A DNA stretch of 64,000 bases from Hemiscyllium ocellatum (lineage: Eukaryota), in NCBI RefSeq assembly GCF_020745735.1, contig NC_083408.1, forward strand, positions 93,898,484 through 93,962,483, in the 5' to 3' direction. The position numbers and the translations under genes are program-made. The notes below the pieces were generated by a model. The model saw nothing but the letters and a program-made list of their open reading frames with translations, made no database searches and was not told where the DNA came from. Position 1 is the stretch's first letter; the number at the start of each line of letters is the position of its first letter. Shown here one piece after another: positions 23,521-35,590 of this stretch.

Positions 23521-25084
23521 ATACTATTACTTTAAATTCCTTTCTCTGGCAAAGTCAACATGATACTTCTACATGTCTTTCCCATCATCTGTGAGTCCAT
23601 TTAAATTCTTCAGGTGAATAATTGCACTTACCTAGACACAGGGATGTTTTCAGTGACAAAGCAAACCAGCCACTACTAGAGATGGACAAACTTCAAGGAA
23701 CTTTAAGCCAACCTTAGACTTCTGCATAAGCGCAACACAGGCCTTTCTGCCCTATTTTATTTGTGTTTCAAGCCAATACTTCTACATACGCATTAAGGTA
23801 CTAAATTAAACAAAGAACCGTGGATGCTCAACATCTGAAACAAATACAGACCTTGCTGGAGAAACTCAGCAGGTTTGGGCAACATCTGTGGTACAAAAAC
23901 TGGATTAGTGTTTAAGGTATGAGTCTAAGTGTCTCAAGTTGTATCTGCATATATACTTGCCCTGAGGCTGCTTGCTCCTTAACATTAACTCTTTCTTTAC
24001 TGTAACACTCCTCTATTTAGATTGGTACATAGTTAGCAAATACAATTCCCTGATGTATTGTCTCAGACCTCTCTTGTCACAGGCACATTCTAGCCTGGTG
24101 TTTTCACGCTATCAATGTCAGAGTGTTTGTTGTATTGCCATATTATTGGTTGCATCATCATGATTTACACTGTCTGATAATACCCCATTACCCAAATGTT
24201 GATAAGAAACATGATGGATTGAAAACATATTTGCCACATCTTTGACATTAAATTTATTGGATTTCAGGCAGGTCACATAAATGAGTGTTAAGAATTTCAG
24301 TCTGATTCAGGTATGATGCTGCTTAAATATGGAACCCTTATTCCATGCCTTTTTAGGAGCATCATTTCAATGTTCAGACATGAAGAGAACAAAATGTGCA
24401 GTCACCATTCACACTTCTATTTTACCAGGCATTGAGTGACACAGTCATTGGTTCCACCAGAGAATGCTCAAAAATTGAATACTTTTAAAATTTGTAGGGT
24501 CAGGATGACTAAATCTGTCCTGGGATCTGACAAAACATATCCCACTATCAGTCTGACAAAGCCCAAACCTCCCCCATCTAGGATCACGTCCAATCTCCAG
24601 TCAAGGCCTGACTTGGCAGCCAAATTATTTTCTGCCCTCCTCAGCTACCTTGCTCTAGGTGAGCATCCACTGTTGCCAGCAGCTCTCCAGCATCTACAAA
24701 TGGTCTGAGATACCTGATGCCAGCTTCAAGAAGGGAGTGCAACTAATGTGGCAATCTCATACACATATTGGGCAGACGTCACTCTCTCCTATTTGACCTC
24801 CAAAGTCATTCTGAATTTCTCTTCATTGTAGTACTTTATTGGAATGGTACCTGCTTTAACAACTTCTTCACATTAATCAATCTTTAAACTTTTGAACCCT
24901 TTACCTATCATTGAAAGTCTCATTCTATTGTTGGTTTCTGTTTTACATTCTTCTCTGTTCTGTGTCTATTATTGGTCTTGACGGAGTCTCTCCTGATTAT
25001 ACACAAAATGACAGCATACAGACCAGACTCTAAAGGTCAGATTGTTATTCTGCACTTTAGTTCAAAATGCTTTTGCACATAAAT

Positions 25085-25420
25085 CATGATTGACGCTCCA
25101 GTGTAGGACTAAAGGAAATGCCATCCTTCAGATGAGGTGTTAAAGAAAAGCTCAGTCTGCCTGTCAGGTGGATGTAAAGGAGCCCATGGAAATGTTTGAA
25201 AGAAGAGCAGGAAACGTACTCTTCAGGTCCTGAACAACATTTTATCCCTCAGTCAACATCACAAAACCAGATTATCTGTTCTTTATCACATTCCTGTCTG
25301 TGGGAGTTTACTGTGAGCAAATTGGCTGCGTTATTCCCTTCATTGCAACATTTCAAAAGTACTTAATTGTAAATTTCTTTGAGGCATCTATGGTCATGAA
25401 AATTACTAAATAAATGGAAG
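25085..25420 (+). mobile_element. DeuSINE (SacSINE1-like)
   Basis: GGTGGATGTAAAGGAGCCCATGG...GAAGAGCAGG...ATTTATCCCTCAGTCAACATCAC...CAGATTATCTG...AAATTGGCTGC, followed by an L2-like tail. Confidence 0.8.
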
Positions 25421-26751
25421 ATTGTTTCTTTTACTTTCAGATAAGATTTGTGAAGTCAACTGGGTTAAATGGAGGCCCTGACAGGTCAGATTGTAGATGC
25501 AGTGGGGAAATTGGGTTAGGAAGTTTAAGTAATTTTTTTCCTCGATTTGTTTTTGTGAAAAGAACATTTTAGTTAAATATTTCATCAAGAACTATCATGC
25601 TGCTATAGTATTTACAATATCCACACTGTATGAATAATGTAAAAATATCAAGATTAAATGTATTTTTAAATTAATACTTTGCATGGACTTTGGAGAAATG
25701 AGACTTTTTTTGTGAATACAGACCGGAGTGGGCCACTTGATTCAACCTTTTTCTTACTCATAGTAGCATATCACCTGCCATTTTTATCCTAATTATCCAA
25801 ACTTCTCCACCTCTAATAATTACAATTGTTTCCTCAATAATAATCAATTATTACTGAGGAAAAGCACTTAAATTGTCAAATGTGCTCTCCTGGTGTAATG
25901 AAATCCAAATTGTCCCAAACCTTAAATTGGCTTGTAGCCAGTTTAGCTCAAATTAGGTTTGAACTCCCCTACTAAGAGCATAAACATATTCATATTTACA
26001 ATTTGATTCCAGTTTTTACACCACAATCCAACTTACCCCAATCTTCTCAGCTCCATGGAATGGAACTCAAATTCATCCTATCCATTCAATTCTGTATCCT
26101 GTGCATCATTCTGATGAATTGTGATATTGTTTGTTTGTGTAAGTTTCTGCTTTCTATGATTTCCTGCTCAAAAATGCATGTGTCATTCCATATACTTCCC
26201 TACTTTTCTCTTCCATACCATTTATGATGAAGCCCAGCATCCATCATATTGTTTTTCATGACTTCTGCACTTGGCATCTTAAATTTAACTTCTCCTATTT
26301 AAAATATCCAGACTGCATTCATATGTTCAAAGTCAACTACTTCGTGCTTTCATCCATTAGATTACAACCACTACTTGTCTGCCCAGTCATTCAATGCATA
26401 TTTTTTAAATGTTTGCACCCTTCTGTACTATTACATGCTAAATTTGGATCATCACAGAAATTTGGGATACACTTTCACAATATTCCCATTCAGCTATTAC
26501 AGTGAATAATTACATGTTTGCATTGATTCGCAGAGAATATTACTTTTCATTACCCTGTGATCAGAAAATATCCTGTTCTCTCACCTCAAAATCAATTACT
26601 GTCTGCAAATTTCCTTTGTGATCTCAGGACATATGCTACATACTGATATGTTGTTATTGTTCCATCAATGCTTATGAATGCCTCCCTGAGGCTCTAGCTG
26701 GGAAGCTATATCCTAAAAAACATTTTATTTTAAAGAACAGCAACAACAACT

Positions 26752-27230
26752 TTTGTAAGTGCGCCATCGAGAACATTCTGTCTGGATGTATCACTACCTG
26801 ATATGGCAACTGTACCATTCAAGATCGGAGACGGTTACAGAGAGTGGTGAACTCGGCCTGGACAAGTACAAAGGCCAACCTCCTATCTATAGAATTCATC
26901 TACCAGGCCCTCTGTCAAGGAAAGGCTGCCAGCATTCTCAAAGATCCATTCCACCCTGGCAATGTTTTTCTACAACCTCTACCATCAGGGAGAAGATACA
27001 GAAGCCTGAAAACGCTCACCAGCCGGTTTCAAAACAGTTTCTACTCTACTTTTGTTAGAATATGTGTTTATGGATTCACAAATGCTTTTTGTTTTTGCCA
27101 CTGTTTACCTATTATTTACTGTCTATGCTACTTAACTCTGTGATCTCCCTGTATTACTCGCAAGACAAAGCTTTCACTGTGTCTCAATAAACCTGACAAT
27201 AAATTAAATTCAATTCAGTACGATTCAATT
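26752..27230 (+). mobile_element. Rex1/Babar-type LINE 3' end (DUF1891-like C-terminus)
   Basis: CAIENILSGCITT*YGNCTIQDRRRLQRVV...ILKDPFHPG...LPSGRRYRSLKTLTSRFQNSFY, then AATAAA and a (TTCAA)-like tail. Confidence 0.85.
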
Positions 27231-28194
27231 GCAGTGATATTATCCAAACAAATTAGTCTTGAATTTGTACAGATTCTATTTTACAATGGTAGAATAAAGA
27301 TATTAAAGAGCAAAAATATCTGCATTTACAACCCATGATGTTATAACCTGAAAATACTGTCTCATGGAAAGACCACAATAGATTTCAACAACAGGTTTGG
27401 TTAATTTTGTGCTCTATCTACACATAAGGGGGACCTGGGTGTATTTTGACAGTTAGTGATAGTTTAAAGTAGAAAATATTGATTCAGCATTGACAATATG
27501 TCTGTTTCCATTTAGTTTAATGGATGGCTGAATCAATATTATCTGTAGTGCATTATCGGCCAAAGTCAAAAATGCCCCTACAGACTGAGAATTTTATTGA
27601 TCAACTCAAAGGTGGGTGTTATATTCCTGAATGTCAGACCTAATGTGAGATCTGGAAATGATTGGGAGTTTACTAATCAGAGGGAGGTGGTAATGACAAA
27701 AAGCAAAAGTGCAGCACATGAAATGGAAGAAGAGGCAAAGAGGCAGAGGAAAGCTACAATTTAACGTCAGCCTATCCCAAAAAGTTGGGTTTGGAAAATT
27801 GGTAAGTGTATTGCTAGAAAATGCTCTTAGAAAGAAACTCTGCCAGCTATGTCTGCACATAAAAAAAAGATGAAGTGCCTTGTTTTATTTTGCGCTTGAC
27901 TTATTCTTAATGTTGTTAGACAATTGAAATGTTTATGAAACGTGTTCAGTGTGTCCACATGGTATAGGCATTAATGTTACATGGAACCGCACAGAATTGC
28001 AAGTAACTGGAATTATTTTGGAGGAAAGGCAAAAAAATGAATAAGATCTGAAAACTTAAATGAAAAGAAGGAAAAAAAATATTGAATATCAACATTCAAG
28101 AATACAAGTTGAAGCCAAATGTAAGAAGTTAACTTGAACCCAAAGTCCTCTTTCATGTACCTAAAAAAAATCCCATGGAAAATACTTACCCCTC

Positions 28195-28355
28195 AGACAT
28201 CGCAAAAAACAAATTTTCTGATCATTATGATTGTGCAGATTGGAGAAATTTGCTGTGCACAAACAAACTGCCTACTGTCATTCTTATATCACAACAGTAC
28301 CTTCATTTAAGAACATATTCAATTCGCTGTAAGGGATTTTGGAATGTCCTCAGGA
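28195..28355 (+). mobile_element. DeuSINE 3' relic
   Basis: GATCATTATGATTG...TTGCTGTGCACAAAC...GCTGTAAGGGATTTTGGAATGTCCT. Confidence 0.55.
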
Positions 28356-28477
28356 GTAGTTTTTTCCCCTCTCAAGTAGCTACAAAAGATGATGGAACAT
28401 GCAATAAACAAATCCATATCAGATTGGATATTTTCAAATGGGGGGTGGGGGTGGAGGGTGATGTTCTCGAAAAATAA

Positions 28478-28850
28478 AATAATGAAAGGAATAGATAAAA
28501 TAGAAGTAGAGAGGATGTTTCCACTGGCGAGTGAAAAGAGAACAAGAGGGCATAGCCTCAACATTAGGGGGAGTAGATTTAGGACTGAATTGAGAAGGAA
28601 CTTCTTCACCCAGAGAGTTGTGAATCTGTCAAATTCCCTGCCCTGTGAAGTGGTTGAGGCTTCCTCAGTAAATGCTTTCAAAGCTAGGATAGATAATTTT
28701 TTGAACAGTAAATGAATTAAGGGTTATAGTGAGAGGGCAGGTAAGTAGAGCTGAGGTTAGGAAAAGATCTGCCATGATCTTATTGAATGGTGGAGCAGGC
28801 TGGAAAGGCCAGACAGCCTACTCCTGCCACTAGTTCTTCTATTCTAAGTA
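28478..28850 (+). mobile_element. CR1 3' fragment
   Basis: KIMKGIDKIEVERMFPL...RTRGHSL...RRNFFTQRVVNL, followed by a CR1 3'UTR. Confidence 0.9.
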
Positions 28851-30314
28851 TTGTGAGTTTGATATCTCTGGCCGATGGGACAAAAAGCAAATAATGCAAT
28901 GCAAGGCAGGAATGCTCTGAGCTTCCAGGTTGACTCAAGAATGAGCGAGTACTAAGATTGAATGCACAGACCCAAGATGCAGCATGGTCTAATCCATGAA
29001 CTGGGTATATATCCCAAAGTGCAAAGTATTCTTGCAGCAGCATTGCAATGATAGTTGCAGTTGAACCCTGATTTGCAGCACTGAAGTGCAGAAGTGCACT
29101 GTAAGTGGATCAGAGATGTGCCAAGAGAGTTTGTAGAGGCTGGCACATGTTGGATGCCAATGGATATGGACAGGAGCTATTAATCGCTAGTGCCCCTTAG
29201 ATGCTGATACTCAATGTCCAACAGGCAAGTCATTTAGAGCAAGTGACAAGCTGAATTCACCAGGTGCTCACTCTGACTTCAATGCTGAGTATTCTTGGCA
29301 TTCAGTTTGTTCATTGTGGGTTGTACGATATAAAACTGCATGTTATTGAAGTGAGACTAAGAGTTAATAAAATAGTTAACAAGGAATAATCCCCCATACT
29401 AGGCAACTCAGAGCTGCCCAGTGAGAATCTCATCTCAATACCCAGAACTTGGTTGAATGACGCAGTGAATTATTCCTCTTTATTGGACCTCTCACTTGAT
29501 TCTGCCACATTTTTCACTAGAGCCCTTGTCATTCAGGCCCCTATATAATTCCATTCCATGTGCTGTTGTCAATTGTTTTTTTTCTGACAAAGGAATTTAT
29601 TATGACATTGCTGGCCACATGTTCTCACGGCAGGACAGGTTATTATTTTTCTCGAGTGACTTCTAAGTAGGATAATCAATGTTTAGGGCCATCATATAAC
29701 ATTATCAAGGATTCTTGAAGTGGAACTTTAGGTCTGCTACCAGTCATCTGGTTCCAATTAACTTTCTCTACAGAAAGTCCTCGGGTATGTGATTTTTTAA
29801 AATTTGCTCATGGGATAAGGACATGTCTGGCTAGACCAGCATGCATTTCCATTCCTAACGGCCCTGGAGAAGGTGATGGTGAGCTGACTACTTGAAGTAC
29901 TGCTGTTTCTAGGTTATAAGTCCAGTGTTGTTAGGAAGGAAGTTTCAGCAATGGCATAAGGAAAAGCAGGTGCATGGCACTATATCATGATACTTATTAT
30001 CAAGCTACTCCAGACACAATATGCCAAACAGCCTCCATCAGTGGCATATTAATTCTGTTCTTCTGTAATTTAGACCCAGTGACAGTAAAAGACATGTTAG
30101 ACAGATCCAAACTGGGATAGCGTGTGACTTGCAAGGAAACTTGTAGGGGGCCATCTTCTATTCTGTGGATTATGCAAGGGTAGCAGCATCTGTTTGAAGA
30201 GTATTTAAGAAGCTTGGGAGCTCTGCCTTAAAGCAGATAACTGCCTGTGTGTTTTTGCCCTGTTCATGTACACTTGTAATACAGTTTAGGTCTTCACAAT
30301 TCACTGGTAATCAG

Positions 30315-30528
30315 TTAAAAATCACACAACACCAGGTTATAGTCCAACAGGTTTAATTGGAAGCGCACTAGCTTTTGGAGTGCTGCTCTTTCATCAGGTG
30401 ATTGTGTGAGGAGCGGCGCTCCGAAAGCTAGAGTGCTTCCAATTAAACCTGTTGGTCTATAACCTGGTGTTGTGTGATTTTTAACTTTGTACACCCCAGT
30501 CCAACACCGGCATCTCCAAATCATGACT
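30315..30528. mobile_element. PLE fold-back element
   Basis: Inverted arms around about 30405 and a 12-bp TSD ACTGGTAATCAG (30303-30314, 30529-30540). Same family as 177-736. Confidence 0.9.
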
Positions 30529-30678
30529 ACTGGTAATCAGAGACAGTGAAGATGGAAACTATTGAACATCTTCTCTTGACAACTATATGACATCCATATT
30601 TCACAGCTGTACAAGGACATGCTAAATGAATGCTCCACCACAACCACCTTTTTGGGCAGTCATTAATATAAGGTATTA

Positions 30679-30920
30679 GGAGTTTGCACGTTCTCCCCGT
30701 GTCTGCGTGGGTTTCCTCCGGGTGCTCCGGTTTCCTCCCACAGTCACAAAGATGTGCGGGTCAGGTGAATTGGCCATGCTAAATTGCCCGTAGTGTTAGG
30801 TAAGGGGTAAATGTAAGGGTATGGGTGGGTTGCGCTTCGGCGGGTCGGTGTGGACTTGTTGGGCCGAAGGGCCTGTTTCCACACTGTAAGTCTAAGTCTA
30901 AGTCTAAGTCTAAGTCTAAG
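30679..30920 (+). mobile_element. HE1 SINE, 5'-truncated, with a (TCTAAG)n tail
   Basis: V-domain GGGTTTCCTCCGGGTGCTCCGGTTTCCTCCCACA and TTGGCCATGCTAAATTGCCC. CpGs are retained, suggesting a young copy. Confidence 0.95.
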
Positions 30921-31242
30921 TATCCTGGCATCACTCTGAAGGGCCATTGTTACCAGCATAACCTGATAATCATGAGATGGCACAATCTGTTCAGTGATCT
31001 CGACACCCAGACCTAATGCAGTTCAGGTTGTGGCACTTATTGCTCACTTGTCAGCAGCAGACTGCAGGTGCATTCCCAAACATTTCACATTTCTAAATAC
31101 AATAGTCCACCAGGCATCAATCTCCTTTTCCAAGAAATGATGCCAGATCCCAGCAGTTCTCACTGTTGCTCAAACAATTGGTGCTCACCAAAACATTTAT
31201 CAGGAGGGTGTGAATAATGATGCACACACATGTATAATACTC

Positions 31243-31243
31243 C

Positions 31244-31292
<49 letters not shown>
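31243..31292 (+). repeat. Compound (CT)n(AT)n microsatellite
   Basis: Read directly from the sequence. Confidence 0.95.
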
Positions 31293-31707
31293 CATGCATG
31301 TATATATACCTTTCTTTCTCCTTACTTAGTAATAGATTTGTGCACAATTTTACCAAGGATGATAACTGAAGTGGAAAGACTAATTGTTTTGTTCCTGTTT
31401 TTTGGACAGAGACGTGTTTGAGGAGGATGTGATGAATATTTCTCTGGTGCTTGTGTGTAAAAGCAATTTAAATTAGATCATAAAATTGTTCCCATTTGAT
31501 TTTATGATGAATACATCTTTTGCAACATTTTACACCTAATGAACGGAAGAATATTTACCTCCTGATGTGAAGTTGGCTAGATGGATGATGATCAATTAAG
31601 AAGGAATGGTTTATATTATTAATTAGGCTTTTCCTGTTCCCAAAAGTTCTTATGTCTTTAGATTTAAGCCTTGGTATTTTGGCGTTTCTCCTGCATTAAA
31701 ATACATA

Positions 31708-32000
31708 TGGTGGTTCAGTGGTTAGCACTGCAGCCTCACAGTGCCAGGAACTAGGGTTTGATTCCACCCTCGGGTGACTGTCTGTGTGGAGTTTGCACAT
31801 TCTCCCCTTGTCTGTGTCGGTTTCCTCCTACAGTCCAAAGGTGTGCAGGTCAGGTGGATTGACCATAGTAAATTGCCCATTGTGTTAGGTGCATTCATCG
31901 GAGGGAAATGGGTCTGGGTGGGTTAGTCTTCAGAGGGTCGGTGTGGACTTCTTGGGCTGAAGGGCCTGTTTCCACGCTGTAGGGAATCTCATCTAATCTA
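31708..32000 (+). mobile_element. Near full-length HE1 SINE
   Basis: tRNA head TGGTTCAGTGGTTAGCAC...GGTTTGATTCC, V-domain and tail. Imperfect TSD TAAAATAC at 31697 and 31999. Confidence 0.9.
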
Positions 32001-32299
32001 AAATACGTGTATTCAGTAGTCACAGAAATGAACAGCATGTACACTAAATTTGCTGAATGATAAATTCAAATATTGCACTTATACCTTAGCCTATGCAAGG
32101 TTATGTGATGACTCAATGGGTAGATATATGTCCATAGCAATTCTGAGCAATAAACATTAGGAAAGACTATGTTTATTCCTTTGTTATGCTCAGTTGCAGG
32201 ATCAATTGGGATTGCAGTAGGAGAAACATACCCTACTATTCTAGAGTAGGGCTGACCATCTACCTCCATACCTTATTCCATACTATTCCCATATTGCTT

Positions 32300-32530
32300 G
32301 ATGGCACTAGTTACTATGGGCTGCATATGATCTCAGAGACCCTTGATCAGGATGAGTAACACACAAGTTCTCGTTTATCCCTTTTCATTTTACCATCTCT
32401 CTTGCTGAAAGCAGCTCATATGTGAACATTGGTTGAGAAAAGGATCAAATTCAACTTTCGTGTTTCATAGTCAAATCTCCTGCTGGTTCACTGTTTGAAT
32501 GCGTGATAATCAGGCAATGGCTAATGATTT
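32300..32530 (+). mobile_element. Possible LF-SINE-like ancient SINE relic
   Basis: GCTGAAAG...ATGTGAACATTGGTTGAGAAAAGGATC...CATAGTCAAAT resembles the LF-SINE body as I recall it. The match is weak. Confidence 0.3.
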
Positions 32531-32574
32531 CATTAAATCCATCTCTCAGGATGGCTCAACATTTTCAGAAATGT

Positions 32575-35500
32575 AGACAATAGGAGCTGGAGGAGGTCTT
32601 CCAACCCAGCAAGCCTGCTCCACTGTTAAATTTATCTACGGCTGATCCTCTAACTCATACTTACACCCTCCTGCACCCCCACCCCATTCTCCTTGATGTC
32701 TTTTGTGTCTAGAAATCTATCTACTTCTTTTTGTTTGTATTCAGTAACTTGGCCTCAGCCACCTAATGTGGTAAAGAAATGCCTAGGGTCACTACCCTCT
32801 GACTAAAGAGACTTTTCCTCACCTCACTCTTAAATGGTCTACTCTGAATCTCAAAAACCATGATTTCTTGTTCTAGATTCCCCAGTCAGGGGAACATCAT
32901 CCCTGCATCCAATCTGTCCAGCCCTGTCAGTATTTATATCTTTCAATGAGATTCCTGCTCATCTTTCCAAACCCCAGTGAATAGAGGCTGAGTCGAACTA
33001 ATTTCTCCTCATACAAAAATCCTGCTGTCCCAGGAATCAGTCTGGTTAACCTTTATTAAAACCCCGTCTATGGAATGCATATCTTGTTTTAAGTATGGAG
33101 ACGAAAACTGCACAAAATAGTCACCAAGACCCTGTGGAACTGCAGCACGGCTTTCTTACTCCTAGGCTTAAATCCTCTTTCAATGAAGGTTAACATAACA
33201 TTTGCCTTCCTAAATCCTTCTTGCACCTGCACGCTTGCCATAGTGACTGAGTCCCTTTGTACATCAGTATTTCCCAAACTAAAACAGTTAAAATAATATT
33301 CTGCCATTTTGTTCTTCAAATCTGAGGGATAACTTGCCTACCTTATAGCCATCTGCTATATATTTCCCCACTCACTCAACTTGTCTAAATCTCTCTTAAG
33401 CCTCTTTATCTCCTCCTCACAACTCACAATTATACTTAATCGGACCCAAATGCTGATTCCTATGGTACCCAATAGTCACTGTCTTTCACTCTGAAAAGAC
33501 ACATTTATTCCTACTCTCTCTTTCCTGTGTATAACCATTTATAAACTCATGCCATACATTAGCCTTTACCTTCTTATGTAAGAATAAAATTTTGAAAATC
33601 CAAATACACTACATCTGCTGTTTTTCTCCCTTGTCTATCCTACTGGTTAAATCCTCAAAGAAACACCAGTGGGCAAGTCAAATATGCTTGCCTTCTCATT
33701 AATCCCTGTTGGCTTGGTCTAAAATGAAAGAAAGAACTGTGGATGTTGAGGCAAATACAAACAAAATTGCTCTAGATATTTAACAGGTCTAGTAGCATCG
33801 ATGAAGAGAAAACAGAGTCAACATTTCAAGTTATTAATATCTCTTTGGCATGTCTTGACTTTGTCTAACCCTGCCGATCATTTCTAAGCATCCTGTTATT
33901 TTCTCTGGTCTGCAATTCTTTGCTTTCTCCTTCCTTCTTATTTGATCAGTTTAAACATTTTAATGTTTAAATATTTGCCACTCTCCAATCTGCCAGGACA
34001 ATTTCAACTTCATCAGACTTTGAGAAGATGACAACCAATAGATTATTTGACTATTCTATGAGTTATACAATCAGGACCTGGGGATTTATTAGCTTTCAGA
34101 CCCACATACTTCTCTCACCGTTTTTATTGTTATGACTAATTTCCTTCAATTCCTCCTTCCTAATTGTCTCTGCTTCTCAAACATTTCTGGTTCTGTTGCG
34201 TGTCCTTGATTGGTATGTCCCTGTCAGGCAGGGAGGAAGTGATAAGGTAAGGGAACCGTGGTTTACTAAATAAATTGTATTGCTTGTTCAACAGAAGAGA
34301 GAGGCTTATGTGACGTTGAGACAAGATGGTTCAGGCGATGCAGAGTTACAGATTAGCTAGGAAGGATTTAAAGAGACACTTTAGAAGAGCAAAGAGGGAA
34401 CATGAGCAGTCTTTAGTAGATAGAGTAAAGGAGAACCCTAAAGCTTTCTATGAGTATGTGAGGAATAAAAGGATTACGAGGTGAGGAATAGGTCCAGTCA
34501 AAGACAGAAGTTGGAAGTTGTGTGCGGACCCTGTGAAAATCGGAGAGGTGCTAAACAAATATTTCTCATCTGTTTTCACACAAGGAAAGGAGAATAATTT
34601 AGAGGAAAAGACTGAGATAGGGACTATTAGACTTGAAAGGATTGAGGTTAGTAAGGAGGAAGTGTTATCAATTCTAGAATGTGTGAAAGCAGATAAGTTC
34701 CCCGGGCTGGATGAGATTTATCTAAGGATTCTCTGGGAAGCTAGGGAGGAGATGGCGGAGCCTTTGGCCTTGATCTTTGAGTTGTCATTATCTACAGGTT
34801 TAGTACCAGAGGACTGGAGGATTGCAAATGTTGTGCCTTGTTGAAGAAGGGCAGCAGAGATGATCCAGGTAATTATAGACCAGTGAGCCTTACATGTGCT
34901 GTAAGAAAAGATTTGGAAATTATTATAAGAGATTATAATCAGCTAGCAAACAACAATTTGATAGGAGACAGTCAACATGATTTTGTCAAGGGCAGTTCGT
35001 GTCTCACAAATGTCATTGAATTTTTTAAGAACATGACCAAGCGTGCAGATGTGGTGGACATGGATTTCAGTAAAGCCTTTGATAAGGTTCCACATGGTAG
35101 GCAATTGGAGAAAATGCGGAGGCATGGGATTGAAGGTGATTTAGCAGTTTGGATTGGAAATTGGCTTTCTGTAAGAAGGCAACATGTGGTGGTTAATGGA
35201 AAATATTCAGCTTGGAGTCTGGTTACTAGTGATGTGCCACAAGGATATGTTTTGGGACCACTGCCGTTTGTCATTTTTAGAAATGACTTAGCGCAGGCAT
35301 AGATGGATGGGTTAGTAAGTTTGCAGATGACACGAAAGTCGATGGAATAGTGGACAGTGTGGAAGAATGTTGCAAGTTGCAGGGGGACTTGATTAAACTG
35401 CAGGATTGGGCTGAGAGGTGGCAAATGGAGTTCAAAGCCAATAAATGTGAGGTGATTCACTTTGGGAAAAATAACAGTAATCTGCACATATTTATTATTG

Positions 35501-35590
35501 CATATATTGTCTATCCAGTCTATGTGTAGATTAAAGTCTTTCATGATTACTGTAGCACCCTGGTTACATGTATCCCAAATTTCCTGTTTA
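32575..35590 (-). mobile_element. Old CR1 LINE (deleted), host to younger insertions
   Basis: Antisense 3'UTR at about 32580, RT remnants to about 34200, and an endonuclease remnant MKDFNLHIDW at about 35545. Confidence 0.75.
34210..35478 (+). mobile_element. CR1 ORF2 internal fragment (RT domain), frameshifted, without a 3' tail
   Basis: PWFT...KENPKAFY; VPEDWRIANV; PGNYRPVSLT; QHDFVKGSSCLTN; DFSKAFDKVPH; VPQGYVLGPL; FADDTK. Confidence 0.95.

Larger units (their letters stand above)
30140..31190 (-). mobile_element. RTE-clade LINE relic, host to a PLE and an HE1 insertion
   Basis: Minus-strand remnants in the expected order: LEKEIDA (~31120), SLYSCEIWMSYSCQEKMFNSFHLHCL (~30620-30543, like RTE LLYGSETW...LNSFHLRCL) and IHRIEDG (~30160). 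Confidence 0.65.

Noticed and set aside
34972-35544. 190-aa minus-strand ORF, the longest in the track
   Set aside because: It is the antisense shadow of the CR1 RT fused to a short endonuclease remnant of the host CR1.
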